Source of the DNA: Antedon mediterranea
Taxonomy: Eukaryota > Animalia > Echinodermata
Reading direction: 5' to 3'
Assembly: GCF_964355755.1 (NCBI RefSeq)
Contig: NC_092677.1
Coordinates: forward strand, 18,808,101 to 18,872,100
Length of the DNA: 64,000 bases
Under the pieces are notes generated by a model. It saw nothing but the letters and a program-made list of their open reading frames with translations. It was not told the DNA's origin and did not search any database. The position numbers were made by a program, and so were the translations under genes. The stretch's first letter is position 1; each line of letters opens with the position of its first letter. This document shows, piece by piece, positions 23,173-35,718 of the stretch.

Positions 23173-23471
23173 GTAAGGATCAGTTTGTTGTGTTTACATA
23201 AAAAAAATTAAATATTTAGGCTAATATTATTATTAAATATTAGTATTACTAATTAGGAATTAAAGGAAATATGAACCACACCAAACTGCAATGAACCACA
23301 CCATCCTGCAATGAACCACACCATCATTAAACGTCAGTGTGCTCTCTGCATGTTGAAACGAAGCTGAATGTTTTCCGGACCCTCCAGTCGAATCAAATCT
23401 AACCCGGAGATACGACGTACAAACAAACGGTTTTTGTGGTACAAACTATTAAAACACCACCAGCAGATGCC

Positions 23472-24922
23472 TGTCATGACAAATATGGTCCGGGGCCAAA
23501 ATCGGTCCGGCCGGACAGTTTTGGCTCCCAAATAGTTGGCCAAAAGTAGTCCGCCATTGCCAAAATCTGTCCATGGTTTTCTTTTGTCGATTTTATTAAA
23601 AATTCTAGGCCTACGACTTGTTTTAAGTGCTTTTTGTGTAGAAAAAATATCCAATAGTGAGTATTACTTAGATATCTCATTCAATAAATGCTCAAAATTA
23701 ACGGATTTTGTCCAAATTTCAGACTGTCCCACGTTCACGTGAATGTGTATGGGACGCCTATTGCCTTTTACACTGCTATTCTTACACAGTGATATGAGTG
23801 CAATGAACAAGTACGTTTATACGTTTGTTTAACAAGATATATTTAGTGTCCATTATGCACTTGTCAATTGTATGACTCACTATACGACCCCCGGGAGAGG
23901 TGCGTCATCGGTGCGTCATTTACAAATAATTACTGACGCAGGGGTGCGTCAAAAAACCTAGATGGTACGTCACATCAATGAACAAGATGTGTCAATGTCC
24001 GTCACTTTACCACCCACCATATCATAAACAACATGGTCACAGTGCGTCAAAATGGGTGCGTCATGGTCACCTAAAGGTAAGTCACCTTTTTGACGCACGG
24101 GTGCGTCATGGTATTCAAAAGTATGACGCACATCGGACAAATGACGCACCTCTCCCGGGGGTCGTATAGTGGGTCATACAATTGACAAGTGCATTATGGA
24201 AATAAAAAACGAAAATAGTTTTTCTTGAATTTAAAACTATAGTAAATATACATACAGTAGATGGAAAAAAAATAAAAAAGAGGGTTAAAATATAAGGTTG
24301 CACAATTAATGAATCATAGATAAATTAGCATTATAAAATATAAAATGAATTTCTTAATCTAGTATTAGTAGGCTTATACTGTACTTTTTTAGGGCGTAAG
24401 CAGTCGGATCTATTCGGGAATGAAGTAATAAGTGTTAAAATCTTTAATACGGTGGCTCATTATAAGAACAAGAAGTGAATTATACTTTTAAGGTTGTTTA
24501 ATAAGCACGTGGTTAAAAGCATTTATAAGCTGTGCTATAAGAGCTGTGCATGTCTAAAACTATTGAGCATATTAAATGTAGAAATGGTACAGTGGCGGAT
24601 CCAGGATTTTGTGAGGGGGGGGGGTACAGTTGTACACTTCCGGTTTTATACCACAAATAACATACTAAACATGCCCAGGACACTTGAGTTTATTAAAACC
24701 GTGTATGGATGTGCATACAGAACACGTACAGTGTTAATTGTTATCAATATAAACATTACCAGGAAAAATTGCGGTCATATTGTGACTACTGTATAATAAA
24801 CACTTTCTTATTTGCGACCAATTTGGCGTACCATATTTAAGCAAGGCCGGGTCATATTTACCGGCCAAAAGCAGTCCTGCCACCCAGACCGGTTTTTAGC
24901 CCGGACCAAATTTGGCGTGACA
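23472..24922. mobile_element. Ginger2/TDD-like MITE
   Basis: TGT...ACA termini, TIR tgtcatgacaaatatggtccggg / cccggaccaaatttggcgtgaca, and an imperfect 4-bp TSD tgcc/tacc. Confidence 0.7.
23849..24200. mobile_element. MITE with CACTA-type core inside a palindromic shell
   Basis: ~60-bp inverted repeats. The inner part begins cactatacgacccccgggag (23878) and ends ctcccgggggtcgtatagtg (24171), with many gtgcgtca/tgacgcac motifs. Confidence 0.75.
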
Positions 24923-24968
24923 TACCTACCACCAGCAGAGAGAAGAGCCACCTGGAATTGATTATTAA

Positions 24969-25442
24969 AGACACCTTCCCTACGTTTTTTAGATCTATTT
25001 TAAGATCACAAACTATATTTAATGTAAAAATAATACTAAATGGTCCTATTGCGATAACTTTTTTCATCATTTAAATGGTTAAAAATGTTAAAAATAAGTC
25101 GATTCTAATAATTATAGCGGCCCGCTATAAATCCCAAAATGCATTGCGCGCGGATTGATATTTCTGTTTTTCTTCTGTAATTCACCCACTAGCGTACGAT
25201 GTTCACTTTACCGATGTTTACCAGCTAGGCCTACAAAACTAAGCCTAGCTAGGCTAGGCCTAAAGACCGTCCACGAGAGGTCAGTCGCCGCGAGCTACTT
25301 GGGTAGTGCATTGTTTCTCACTTTTTATCATAATTTACCATAAAACGTACATTTAAGACAAGGAATGACCTGGTTTAATGTTTTTAAAGTAATATATATG
25401 TATTATTTTTACAAAACGTCACAAATTGTAGGGAAGGTGACT
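24969..25442. mobile_element. Kolobok-like MITE
   Basis: TTAA TSD; TIR agacaccttccctac / gtagggaaggtgact. Nested in an older inverted-repeat element (~23455-25610, ccagcagagag...ggaattgatta arms). Confidence 0.8.
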
Positions 25443-26534
25443 TTAATTGTATAATAATACAAATTTCAAAGCCTAATGAGTTCAGAAACTGAAATAATTG
25501 AAGTTAAAAGTTGAATTTCTTGCCGTCGCAATTCCATTACTAATCAATTCCAAACAGGTGGCTGCTCTCTGCTGGTAGGATTTGTTGCTGCGGTAGGTAT
25601 CTGGTGGTATTTATAATAGGACCCCAACACCGAGCTGTTAAAGGTGATCATTGACATGAAAATTAACATTTTGCGACATAAATTTTGTTTAAAATACCAT
25701 TTTTTGCTTAAAATAATAATTGTACGATATTTAGTACTGTTCGTTATTTTTGTTGCTGCTGAAAAAGATTGTTCTGAATTCTATCTTCCTAGAAAGCCTA
25801 TAATGTATTCTACCCTGGCCGATTCCAGTGTACTGTAATAGTATTCATGTTTTGTTTTTTTCCTCTTTTGTGGTTAACCACCACCTTTATTTATTCAATC
25901 TTTCATACGTATTATATTCACATTTCATTTTCGTATGTTAAATTTCCTTTTTTCGTTACTTTCTGATTTGTACACTTTTAACCTTTATACATAGGCCTAC
26001 TAGTGTTGATTATGCATACAGATAACCATAACAACTTATCCAGACTTCATTTTGTACATGATATAGTACATTTTAAAAATACAGTATATTTTGGAAATGT
26101 ATGTCATGTCAGTACATAATACACTTTAAGTATGGATGCCACTTAAGTTACAACATGCCTAATGTGTTCATATCTTTTAAAATAAGTTTAAACTGAATCC
26201 AGTGATTCTGGCATACAGGTTTTTTAAGCTCAGTTAGAATTTTGATTGTGTATATGACGTACACGGCAATTGAGTACAATTGATTTTTTATTTGACAGTT
26301 ACTGTACATCCTAACAGTAGTTCCTTGAACGAGCTACTGCTGTTATTTAACTTTTTAAATATATTGTCAATTTTATTCCATGTGATTACGCCTACAATAA
26401 TAAAAAATACTGTATGTTTTTCATCTTCAATGACTCCACAATTGCTACTATTTGTCAGTTTCAATTTACAGTTTCAGATTTATAGGTACGATTCTATTTA
26501 GTAATTTATAATATTCATGTTAGTAGTAATTAAT

Positions 26535-26835
26535 GGTAGCGGGATGATTCGCCCGGGACTATTCGGCTCTGAGACAATTCGGCACACTTGTACTTATCGG
26601 CTTTGATATGCATTTTATAAACATTTTTCCCCCAAACTTTATTTTCATAGAGACTATGGGGATAAAGATGCAATAAAGCATTTTAAAAAAACCTTGTCGA
26701 AAATGATCATTTTTTAGCCTAGCGAACCATGTACAGTAAACATGTTACGCGCTTTGTTGGCCACTGGCGAATGCACGAAAAAAACAAAGTTTTAAACCTT
26801 TAAAAACTTGTCCCGGGCCGAATTTCTCGTATTCC
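26535..26835. mobile_element. Degenerate MITE
   Basis: Imperfect TIR gattcgcccgggac / gtcccgggccgaatt; no clear TSD. Confidence 0.45.
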
Positions 26836-27513
26836 ACACATATTATTAAACAATAGAGTGGTGCGTTTATACAAATTGTTATTTGTTTTTGTCTATTGGT
26901 GTACTAACAATGTAAACCTGCTAAATCCATGTATTCTTCATAATACACTGTACTGTAGGTAATGACCTGTGTACTACTATAAGCTTTTTACATTTATTTG
27001 CTATGTCACTGTGGTGCATAGGCATAACATTATTTCCTGATAGTGTTTACTTTATAGATAATTCTATTGTCTGCTTTGTGAACTTAATCAAGCCTTGTCT
27101 GGGTTAAGAGGTTACTAGATAGAACCAGGGAAGCCTTGTCTGATAGAACTAATCAATACCATTGTTACAAATATTCATGTATCTTACTGTAATTCAAGGT
27201 TACAGTTTGATTGGAAAATATTCTGCATTATATAAATAGTACCAGGCATACAAAATTGTTTTTTCACACAGCCACGGGGCTAAGAAATGGGCTACAGTAA
27301 TAGTATCCTTGAGTGCCTAGAAAATGCTATGACCATGGACCTAGATTCCTGCTCCATGGAGAACACAAAATACTCACCTGTTGTATCATCAGTGTAGCCT
27401 TTTCCCACCTAACTAATTTCTTATAAAAATTGTTAAACTATTGTTTTAAATGGATTGTTTTTATATTTCAGCAGCCAAAAATTGACTGACAAGAGACCTA
27501 CTTGTAATGTACA

Positions 27514-29229
27514 ATGGCCGAAAGTTCTTCATTAAAACCTGCAGATGACAAACAACTGAAAGCAGAAACATGTAGTCAACCACACGACATCCTTTGTTCG
27601 CTGGATAACATGCGAAAACGTGGAGACCTTACAGATACCATCATCCACATACACAAGAGAACCTTCCATGCACATCGTGCAATATTGGCTTGCAGTAGCG
27701 AGTATTTCCGTGCAATGTTTACTAGTAATCTTTCTGAAAGCATCAATGGCATTGTACACTTTAACAACCAAATTGATCCTCACATTTTCTCACTTTTGCT
27801 TGACTATTCATACACAACAGAGTTAACAGTGACTGATTCAAATGCACAAGCTTTGTTAGAAACAGCATGTCATTTGCAATATAATAAGGTGATCGATGCA
27901 TGTTGTAACTTCTTAATACAAAATCTGGATCCACCAAATTGTTTAGGAATACAGAAATTCTCTGAGAGGCTTTCACTGTGGAATTTGTATAAGAAGGCAC
28001 AACAATATGCACTGGATTATTTCCTGGAGGTTGTTAAACATGATGAATATCATCAGCTAACACTGCAGGAGTTACGGCAGTATTTGTCAAATGATGAAAT
28101 AAACATCGATAGAGAAGAGTCCATTTACAAAGCAATATTTGCCTGGATTAGATCCAATGATAACCAGGAACTGCTACCATCTCTTCTGTCTTGCGTCCGT
28201 CTGCCTTTCACAAGACCAGACTTTCTACTTGAACAGCTTGACAATCCACTCATTAAACAAAACCCAGAATGTGCTCACATGCTGAGAAGTGCCAGAAATA
28301 ACCAGCTACGTTTACGAGAAAAGTACCTTTGTGATTCCACTCTCATTCCTCGTTATTCCACCAAATCTGAAGTAGTTGTGGTCATGGGTGGCAGCTGCTC
28401 TCATGATCGTGATGTGTTTTATTACAATCCATCAACCGATCGTTGGGGTATTCTTACAAGACTACCTAATTTGGATATATTTGATTTTGCAGTTGGGACT
28501 TTAGACAATTGTATTTACATTTCTGGTGGAATAAAGTCTAAAATCGTCAGTAATGAAGTGTATTGTTATGATGTCGATAAAGCAAAGTGGCATTCATGTA
28601 AGAATTTTCACATGCCACGTACCCAGCATTCGTCCATTGGTATCAATGGGTTTCTCTATATAATTGGAGATAACAGGATGGTTGATATGGTTGAAAGATT
28701 TTCTCCTGCTGAAAATCTATGGGAAGTTGTTAGTCCATTACCAGTTGCAGTTTCTTCTCCTGTCATCGTTTCAAACAAACACAAAATATATGTGACAGGT
28801 GGTAGTGCTTGTAGTCAGTTGAATCAGTTTCAAAACATCCAGTGTTACGATACAATCAATGACACATGGACAGTGATAAGAACAGTAAGCATTCCAAGAA
28901 AGCGGTTTCCAGTAATAGTTATCGATGACATCATGTATATACTGAGTGGGTATGGCGAAATGCAAGTTTATGACATCAAATCCGATAGTCTGTTGCCACC
29001 AATGTTGTTGCCAAATAAGGAGCAAAATTTGTTTGGGGCTGTAGCCGTGAGAGACAAGATATATGCTGCCATCATAAACAAACATAAACAACGACAATGT
29101 GATCTTCAATTGTTCGATCCACGAATAAAAGAGTGGCAGAAAAAAACAACAATGCCAAGTGCTGTTGGAGTGGACGGACATTGCCTAAGCATCTATAAGT
29201 ACTTAGGCCCGCCATTTTCAAGCAAGTAA
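27514..29229 (+). CDS. Kelch-like protein (BTB-BACK-Kelch, KLHL24-like), 571 aa, single coding exon
   Basis: BTB motif FHAHRAILACSSEYFRAMF; BACK motifs NCLGI...LSNDEINIDREESIYKAIFAW; kelch repeats (IYISGG, LYIIG, IYVTGG, CYD...W). Splice acceptor at 27471 upstream of the ATG. Confidence 0.93.
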   Translation: MAESSSLKPADDKQLKAETCSQPHDILCSLDNMRKRGDLTDTIIHIHKRTFHAHRAILACSSEYFRAMFTSNLSESINGIVHFNNQIDPHIFSLLLDYSYTTELTVTDSNAQALLETACHLQYNKVIDACCNFLIQNLDPPNCLGIQKFSERLSLWNLYKKAQQYALDYFLEVVKHDEYHQLTLQELRQYLSNDEINIDREESIYKAIFAWIRSNDNQELLPSLLSCVRLPFTRPDFLLEQLDNPLIKQNPECAHMLRSARNNQLRLREKYLCDSTLIPRYSTKSEVVVVMGGSCSHDRDVFYYNPSTDRWGILTRLPNLDIFDFAVGTLDNCIYISGGIKSKIVSNEVYCYDVDKAKWHSCKNFHMPRTQHSSIGINGFLYIIGDNRMVDMVERFSPAENLWEVVSPLPVAVSSPVIVSNKHKIYVTGGSACSQLNQFQNIQCYDTINDTWTVIRTVSIPRKRFPVIVIDDIMYILSGYGEMQVYDIKSDSLLPPMLLPNKEQNLFGAVAVRDKIYAAIINKHKQRQCDLQLFDPRIKEWQKKTTMPSAVGVDGHCLSIYKYLGPPFSSK

Positions 29230-30345
29230 ACCAGCTGTCAACCAATGGTAGGCAGGATGCGATATTTTTTTCGTTTTTTTTAGGACCCCTCATGAAATGT
29301 CACAAAATAAACATGAATATTCATTAGTCATATCAATAAGGTGTGACGTAAGAATTGAGCTAGCTACAATTCGCTTATGTAAATGCTTTCTCTCGAGCCG
29401 TCTTTGTAGTCACGTGGATCAGACGATGTATGAGGTTCAAATTCCATGAACTTCTTTTTACTTTATAGTAAGAGAGAGATTACTTAGGGTTAGCTTTAGT
29501 AATATTTAGGAAGTAATTTGGCTGTCTTTCACATAAGGGGTCACTAACTTATGTACGAAAAAAAAATCACAGGCAGAATACAGCAACCCCACCCCTCCAC
29601 TTATACAATTCTTAATGTTCTTATTACTGTACATTTGTTTTCATAAACTATTATGCACATGCATTCTGTGCTTCAATATAATTTGTATTTGTGTACCAAA
29701 TTACAGTCATTTAATTATAAATTTATGTCTCCGCTATTCAAACTGCTTATTTTTTCAAATTTAATTGATTATAAATTTAGAAAAATTGCAGGGGCGCTGT
29801 TGCGGTTTGCATGTGGGGTATAGTGCATTCAAAGAAGGAATAAATAAAACCTCCAGTATGGAGTCATCGAAGTATTAATATAGGAAGTTTTAAGGGTTTA
29901 ATATCAAAAATGGAGGGAAGATGTAAGGGGAACATTTTCAAGTACATGTGCCAGTGATTGTATTTAATAAAATGCATTCCAAAATCAGGCTTTCAAGAAA
30001 CCAGACTGGACTGGATACAGTTATTTTAATAAAATATAGAACTATATAGATAATCCAAACCACCTATTGTATGTGTACAGTAGTTGTCTTAAACTGAACA
30101 GACTTGTAATACTGTTTCAGATTTTTTTATAGGTAATTGAATGTATTATAATTTCAAAGGATCGATTCTTATTAAAAGATTGTACAGTATTATATAGTGT
30201 TTAATATAGACCTGTCAATTTCACAAGCAACTCGACTATGGAACTATTTATCAAGTAAAAAATAATTCTATTCATGCTCATATGTTGCTGAGTGTGCGCA
30301 GAATTAATTTTTTATTAGAAAGGCACATAGTTGATTGGTGCATCA

Positions 30346-30657
30346 TGAATTGAATTGAAATATATATTTATACTGGGTAACCTCTTCAGTCAAAGACTGG
30401 TCTCCCAGAGGGCCCAGTTGGTGATCAGTGGCTGTGATGTACTAATACACCGGGGTAACCCCCTACTCGTCTCGAAAGATGTACTAGGTTCTTTAAAGTG
30501 CACACGAGCTAGATGTGTACACTGGACCTACGGTTTATAGTCCTTATCCGAGAAGACTCATTCTACCACCAGAACCATGGAGTGAGTGAGCCTCGAACCC
30601 CTGCCGATGTTATGGCTACGTAATTACGGTTCCACTGTCTTAACCGCTCGGCCACTC
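30346..30657 (-). mobile_element. tRNA-derived SINE (Deu/Nin-domain-like)
   Basis: A box TGGCCGAGCGG, B box GGTTCGAGGC, central cttctcggataaggactataaaccgtaggtcc, and a (TTCAA)n tail. Confidence 0.8.
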
Positions 30658-30891
30658 ACTTATGTGACGACAAAAGGTTGCATTTCTCTATACTAGAACC
30701 TATACAAAAAAGTCAAGATATGAAATGCACATATTTTACAAATAGTATAATTATTGCTGTTACATAGCCACAGTATAAGCAGTATCATAGCTTTTTGATT
30801 TCTAGAATATTGCTACATGATTTGAATGGAGCTGGTTTCCTTTGAAAATGTTATACAGTATATTATGTAGTTTTATTGACTGCTATATTAA

Positions 30892-31236
30892 AGATGTATT
30901 GTCCCCCAAAAACATGAAAAATGAAGATTAATAAAATCAGACTTTGAATAAGTTGATGGTTTTTAATAAAGTTAAGAACTTCCATAGAAAAAAAAAAGGA
31001 AAAAAATAATGTTTTCACTTCTAAAATGACAAAATAAATGGTTAAATTCAACCAAAAATCCATTGGCTGGCAGCCAATTTGACCATTTTTTTGCTTAAAT
31101 TACATTTTTTTCAGGTAAATACATTTTTTCCCGATCAAATTTGTGGTCAAAGTAGATAACTATTATGTTACATTAAAATGGAATATTCAACAAAAATTTT
31201 TTGTAAGAATTATTTTTTCAGGGGGACAATACATCT
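30892..31236. mobile_element. Kolobok-like MITE
   Basis: TTAA TSD; perfect TIR agatgtattgtccccc / gggggacaatacatct. Confidence 0.85.
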
Positions 31237-33470
31237 TTAAATAGCGTATGTTTATTTTTTGTATCATACTGCTTATTGAGTTCTGTAACAAATATGTTTA
31301 TTTTAGTGGAGCTGGTTTCCTTGTTTAATATATGTAGTGTATTGGCCAAGACAGTGTTAATCCAGGAATCATATTTCTGTTTAATACTTTAAAGGTCAAA
31401 CATTGTTTGGAGATACTTTATTTTAATAACAAAAATGCTATTAAGTATTATGCTATTAAAATAGCATATTTACAGTAATATATTGTAGTAGATTTTGCTA
31501 ATTTAAAAAATACTGAAATAGCCAAATACAATAATACACTATTTTTATCTTTGTGTTCAAGTATATTTACAAACTTATGATAAATAGTAATACAGTAACT
31601 GATAACTATTTCTGAGAAATTAACCAAAACCAATACAGTAACAGAAAGGGGACAAGAGTTTTTGAGTCATATCAGAGGCTAAATTTAGGTACATGCTCCC
31701 TTCTGATAATGATATCATAGCGACTAATATCAACATTGATTTGTTGATAAGAATTTAAAAATAATGGCCTGATATTCAGATAAAATTTTGTTATAATGAC
31801 AATTATAGTGTACAACTAATATTTAAAATAATTCAATTCCTTAGTTGCAATTTAGGGAATCATATTTTTGTAAACTGGATGTCAAAATGCGTGTTCAATA
31901 CCTACTTATAAACAATACAAATTGCATGGTACTATGGTAGTAAATATGGAGAAAGCCAGTAGTATTATAAAATTGTTATTTATACAAAGAATTAAAATTC
32001 TACAAATTCATATCGGTCTGGTAGAATGAACCATCATTTTTTTAGATTTGAAACCTAAAGTACGTTGGTTAATTGTAAAAAAGCATAAACAAATTAGTTA
32101 TAATTTATTGGTTCTGTGATAAAGGTATACTTGATAAACCAGTCATTTAAAGTGTATGTTACTTAATGAATGTTTATGAGTTGGATATTAACTCGTGAAA
32201 TATTCTCACCATCCAACTTTTATTTAATTATTGATTAATTGAATCATCGTCGAAGGCTGTGAAGCTAGGCTATTAAAAAAAGCGGTGCTCCAATTTTGGA
32301 TGCGTAGTACTGCTATTAATTAAGCCCTATGGTTGACATATATTTTTATTTTTATAATGTCGTAATTGTTAAAAATTGAAATGTTGATTTATATTATTTA
32401 TTTGTAAGCTATAATTGTGTTTAGTTTAATGCTTTTAGTTTATGTGGTGCTAACAAGAACACTCCAAGCTTATGTTTTTGCCATACAATTTTATAGTTTA
32501 AATATTTTTTGGCCATAAAATGATATTTTGTTATATAAATTAAGATATTAAAAAATGAAAACAGTCATGTTACAGCATAATGATTTTGTATTGCCTTGTG
32601 TTTGTTGCTTTGAATTTGAAACATAAATTACTTTACGTATCAATTGGTAATGGAAAGCATCATTATTCCAGCTGACTTTTATTTATCTATTATCAATGTA
32701 GTTTAAAATGCAGTAAACTCTCCCATTTCTAAAGCAATACTAATAATATTCTAGAAAGTCCTAGACAACAGCAAAGAGATGCGAACAGGACTAGGACTGC
32801 GCAAATGACTATGTGTTCAAAAATATTATTTAGTATATTTATAAAAATAATAAACTAAAATATTATGAACAAATAAAATGAATTTCTTGGTAAAAGCCTT
32901 TAATATTTTTGCATATAAGGATCGTATATTAAGAACGTGTTTTCGCTTTAATACAATTTAGCATGCTGCCATACAGTATGCTGCCATGCAACAAAATGTA
33001 TCTTGCATTTTAACAAAACCAATTTTATTGACAAAATAGTTGAAAGTTGAAAATAATGATTTTGAAATCATTTTTGCTTTACCAAAAGTGAATAACTCTT
33101 TAAAATACAAAATGGTGTAATATTCAAAATTTAGTTTGATCAAATTAAGACTAAAATGGTCAAAAGAATGATGTAGTAATGTATAGACAACAGACACAAC
33201 ATTAAAGCTGATTGCTACTCTTTGAATTCCTCTGCTAGAAAATATATGCATAACTCTTAAGTTTCCGATTTATTTTTATAGACATTGTAGGGTTTGAAGT
33301 AAAAAACTAAAGGGAATGTGAATGAGGTAGACACATTCTCCAGGACACGTACCAATGATTGTATTAATTTAATAAATTTTAAAAACCGGGCTTTCATTAA
33401 CGAAAGCGGTTGATGATTCATCATTTTTTTAGGATATTAATCAATTAGTTTGCTTAGTACACTCACTTTT

Positions 33471-33606
33471 CAGGGGCGGATCCAGGGTGTGCACTCCCCT
33501 TTTGACAATTAAAATCAACCCATGAGCTACTTTGGACAGACTATTAATATTGTATGTTATTGTTAGTGTATATAGACCCTGTTTATTCAATTCTGGATCT
33601 GCCCAG
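33471..33606. mobile_element. Short degenerate hAT-like MITE
   Basis: caggggcggatccag ... ctggatctgccc; related end fragments at ~24590 and ~57160. Confidence 0.5.
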
Positions 33607-35442
33607 GTTTTTCCGAATCAAACCATCTATGGTTGAGGCTCTGTCTGTGTGTGACTCCTTCCTCTCTGTGACGTGAGCGCATATTCAACAACACAATCAA
33701 TAATTTATACAGGAAAACATGCACAGGACTATTTTAAATCTTTATTAAAGCATTGCTTATATACATTTTTAGTGTTTGACACTAAAAAAAACAATAAAAC
33801 AAGCACTTTATACAGACTGCAGTTCAGATAATTTTCAAAATACAAATCTCACAAAATATTTACTTTTAAGTAATAAACTATTCATAAAACTTGATAATGA
33901 ACAGATTTGCATGGTGTTGACCTACAGTACATCAAATAGCTCTCCATGTTTAAAGTTACATAGTTTATTTTCAATATCTAGCTTAACTTTAAACAATGGA
34001 TAGCACTAGTTTAGCACTAGTTATAATTAACCAAAACAATTATACATATATACATAATTTTATTTCAGATTTCGATTCAGAATCAGATAGTGGTCTTTTT
34101 AAATAGGCTAACTAAATTTGATTGAAGATGGGAGAGGCAGATTAACTGAATAAAAGTTTTCTTTAAAACAGTGGGTGATTTATAAAACAAATAATGTATT
34201 TGTTAAATGGGAATAGTACTTTATTTGACTCGGATGGTCGTTGTCAAAAAGAACAGTCAATCTTTCAATCTATGGAAAATATTCTTCCAATTCAACTGAA
34301 ACATTCTCAATATTTGTGTACCATTGTAGTGTTTGCCTAAAGCAGGTTTTGTCTGTAAGATTTAGCATTTAAATTGGCTCCAACTTGTATTCAAAATGGT
34401 GTAAAAAAAATAAATGACAATGTTTTGAATGGCTAGGCCTGTAAGTTTTATTCATCACTTGTCTAGTAGTGGTACAAGAGGCAATGCCTAGTCTAACTTA
34501 CTGGCAATCACCTAGGATTCGGTACCTCTCTTAATTGTCCGGAATTGATTTCTATATTGGGAATACACTGCATTTCTTCGTAGTCTTGAGACTGCTTAAC
34601 ACAAGCAAAGGGTATCTTTAAGGGGGTGAAGCTCATTAGCATCACCTAGTTTAGTAATGTTTTTATTTCTTTTATACAGTACATGATTCAAGTAAGGTAT
34701 TGTATGGACTATTATCTACACTTTACATCTTTCTATTTACATACCACTTTTGTTTGCATAGTGTTTATTCATAACCTTTTAACAATACATGTTCACTGTA
34801 ATTTAGAAAATCAGTTAATATGAAAAAAAATTAAATGTAGCTAAGAACCTTTAGTTGACCTTCGACCTTCATCCAATGATATAGTTGGAAGTTTTATAGA
34901 GGCACCTTTCAATAATGATGAGATGGCTAAAAAGTAATGGAAGAAAGAAAACATTACTTAGTAACGAGTACAAAACATTTAACCTTTGTTCTTCTTAATG
35001 TAAAATGCAAAGCTTTGAAATCTAAACAAACAAAAATGAAAGCACATTTAAAAGAAAGTATTTATATAAGTAATTGTTCTTGATACAATAATGAGATAAT
35101 AATATTCGTTTAATTGTTTTGGTTCAATGGTTTCATTTTCAAATTTGGATAATGAGGAAGTCTTTTAAATGTACATATATGTGATATACCCCTCTTGTAA
35201 TTCTGTATAAACTAGGAGTAAGACCAATAATACTATTTGTATATTATTTATTATTAAATAACACCTAAATAGATTCCTGTTATTTGATTGTGGGTCATAT
35301 GATTAATTAAGTGCCCTATTTTTACGCTAAAGGTCCTGCTCACTGAAGACACTCTAGCAAACAAACCATTTACTTTTATCCCACTATCTCCCCAACCCGC
35401 CCCCCCCCCACCTCCCCCACAAAACGTTCCACTGGCCCAGCG

Positions 35443-35718
35443 TTATTTTGGCAAATTCCACATACCTTCATCTCCACGTTTGGGATCTTCACATGTGCTC
35501 CTCTCCAAAGCTAGGTCTTCCAACTGATGTGTGTAGAAACCATTAAAGTCCAGACGGTGGATGATGTTCATCATATTGTGCTCGCAATTGGTGGTACTGT
35601 AGATGCTTAGCTTATCTAGTAGCTCAATCAGTAAAGTTGAGAAATTGGTGTCAAAGTTAGAAATCGTACGTTTGAACTCTTCACTGGCGATCAACTGATC
35701 TACATGCTCATTTACAAC
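35443..35718 (-). CDS. TUBGCP2: TUBGCP2 coding exon 16 (last)
   Basis: VVNEHVDQL...LSIYSTTNCEHNMMNIIHRLDFNGFY...*. Confidence 0.92.
   Translation of the reverse strand, partial: VVNEHVDQLIASEEFKRTISNFDTNFSTLLIELLDKLSIYSTTNCEHNMMNIIHRLDFNGFYTHQLEDLALERSTCEDPKRGDEGMWNLPK

Noticed and set aside
30590-30657. tRNA gene
   Set aside because: A and B boxes are present, but there is no complete cloverleaf and it continues into a SINE body and tail.
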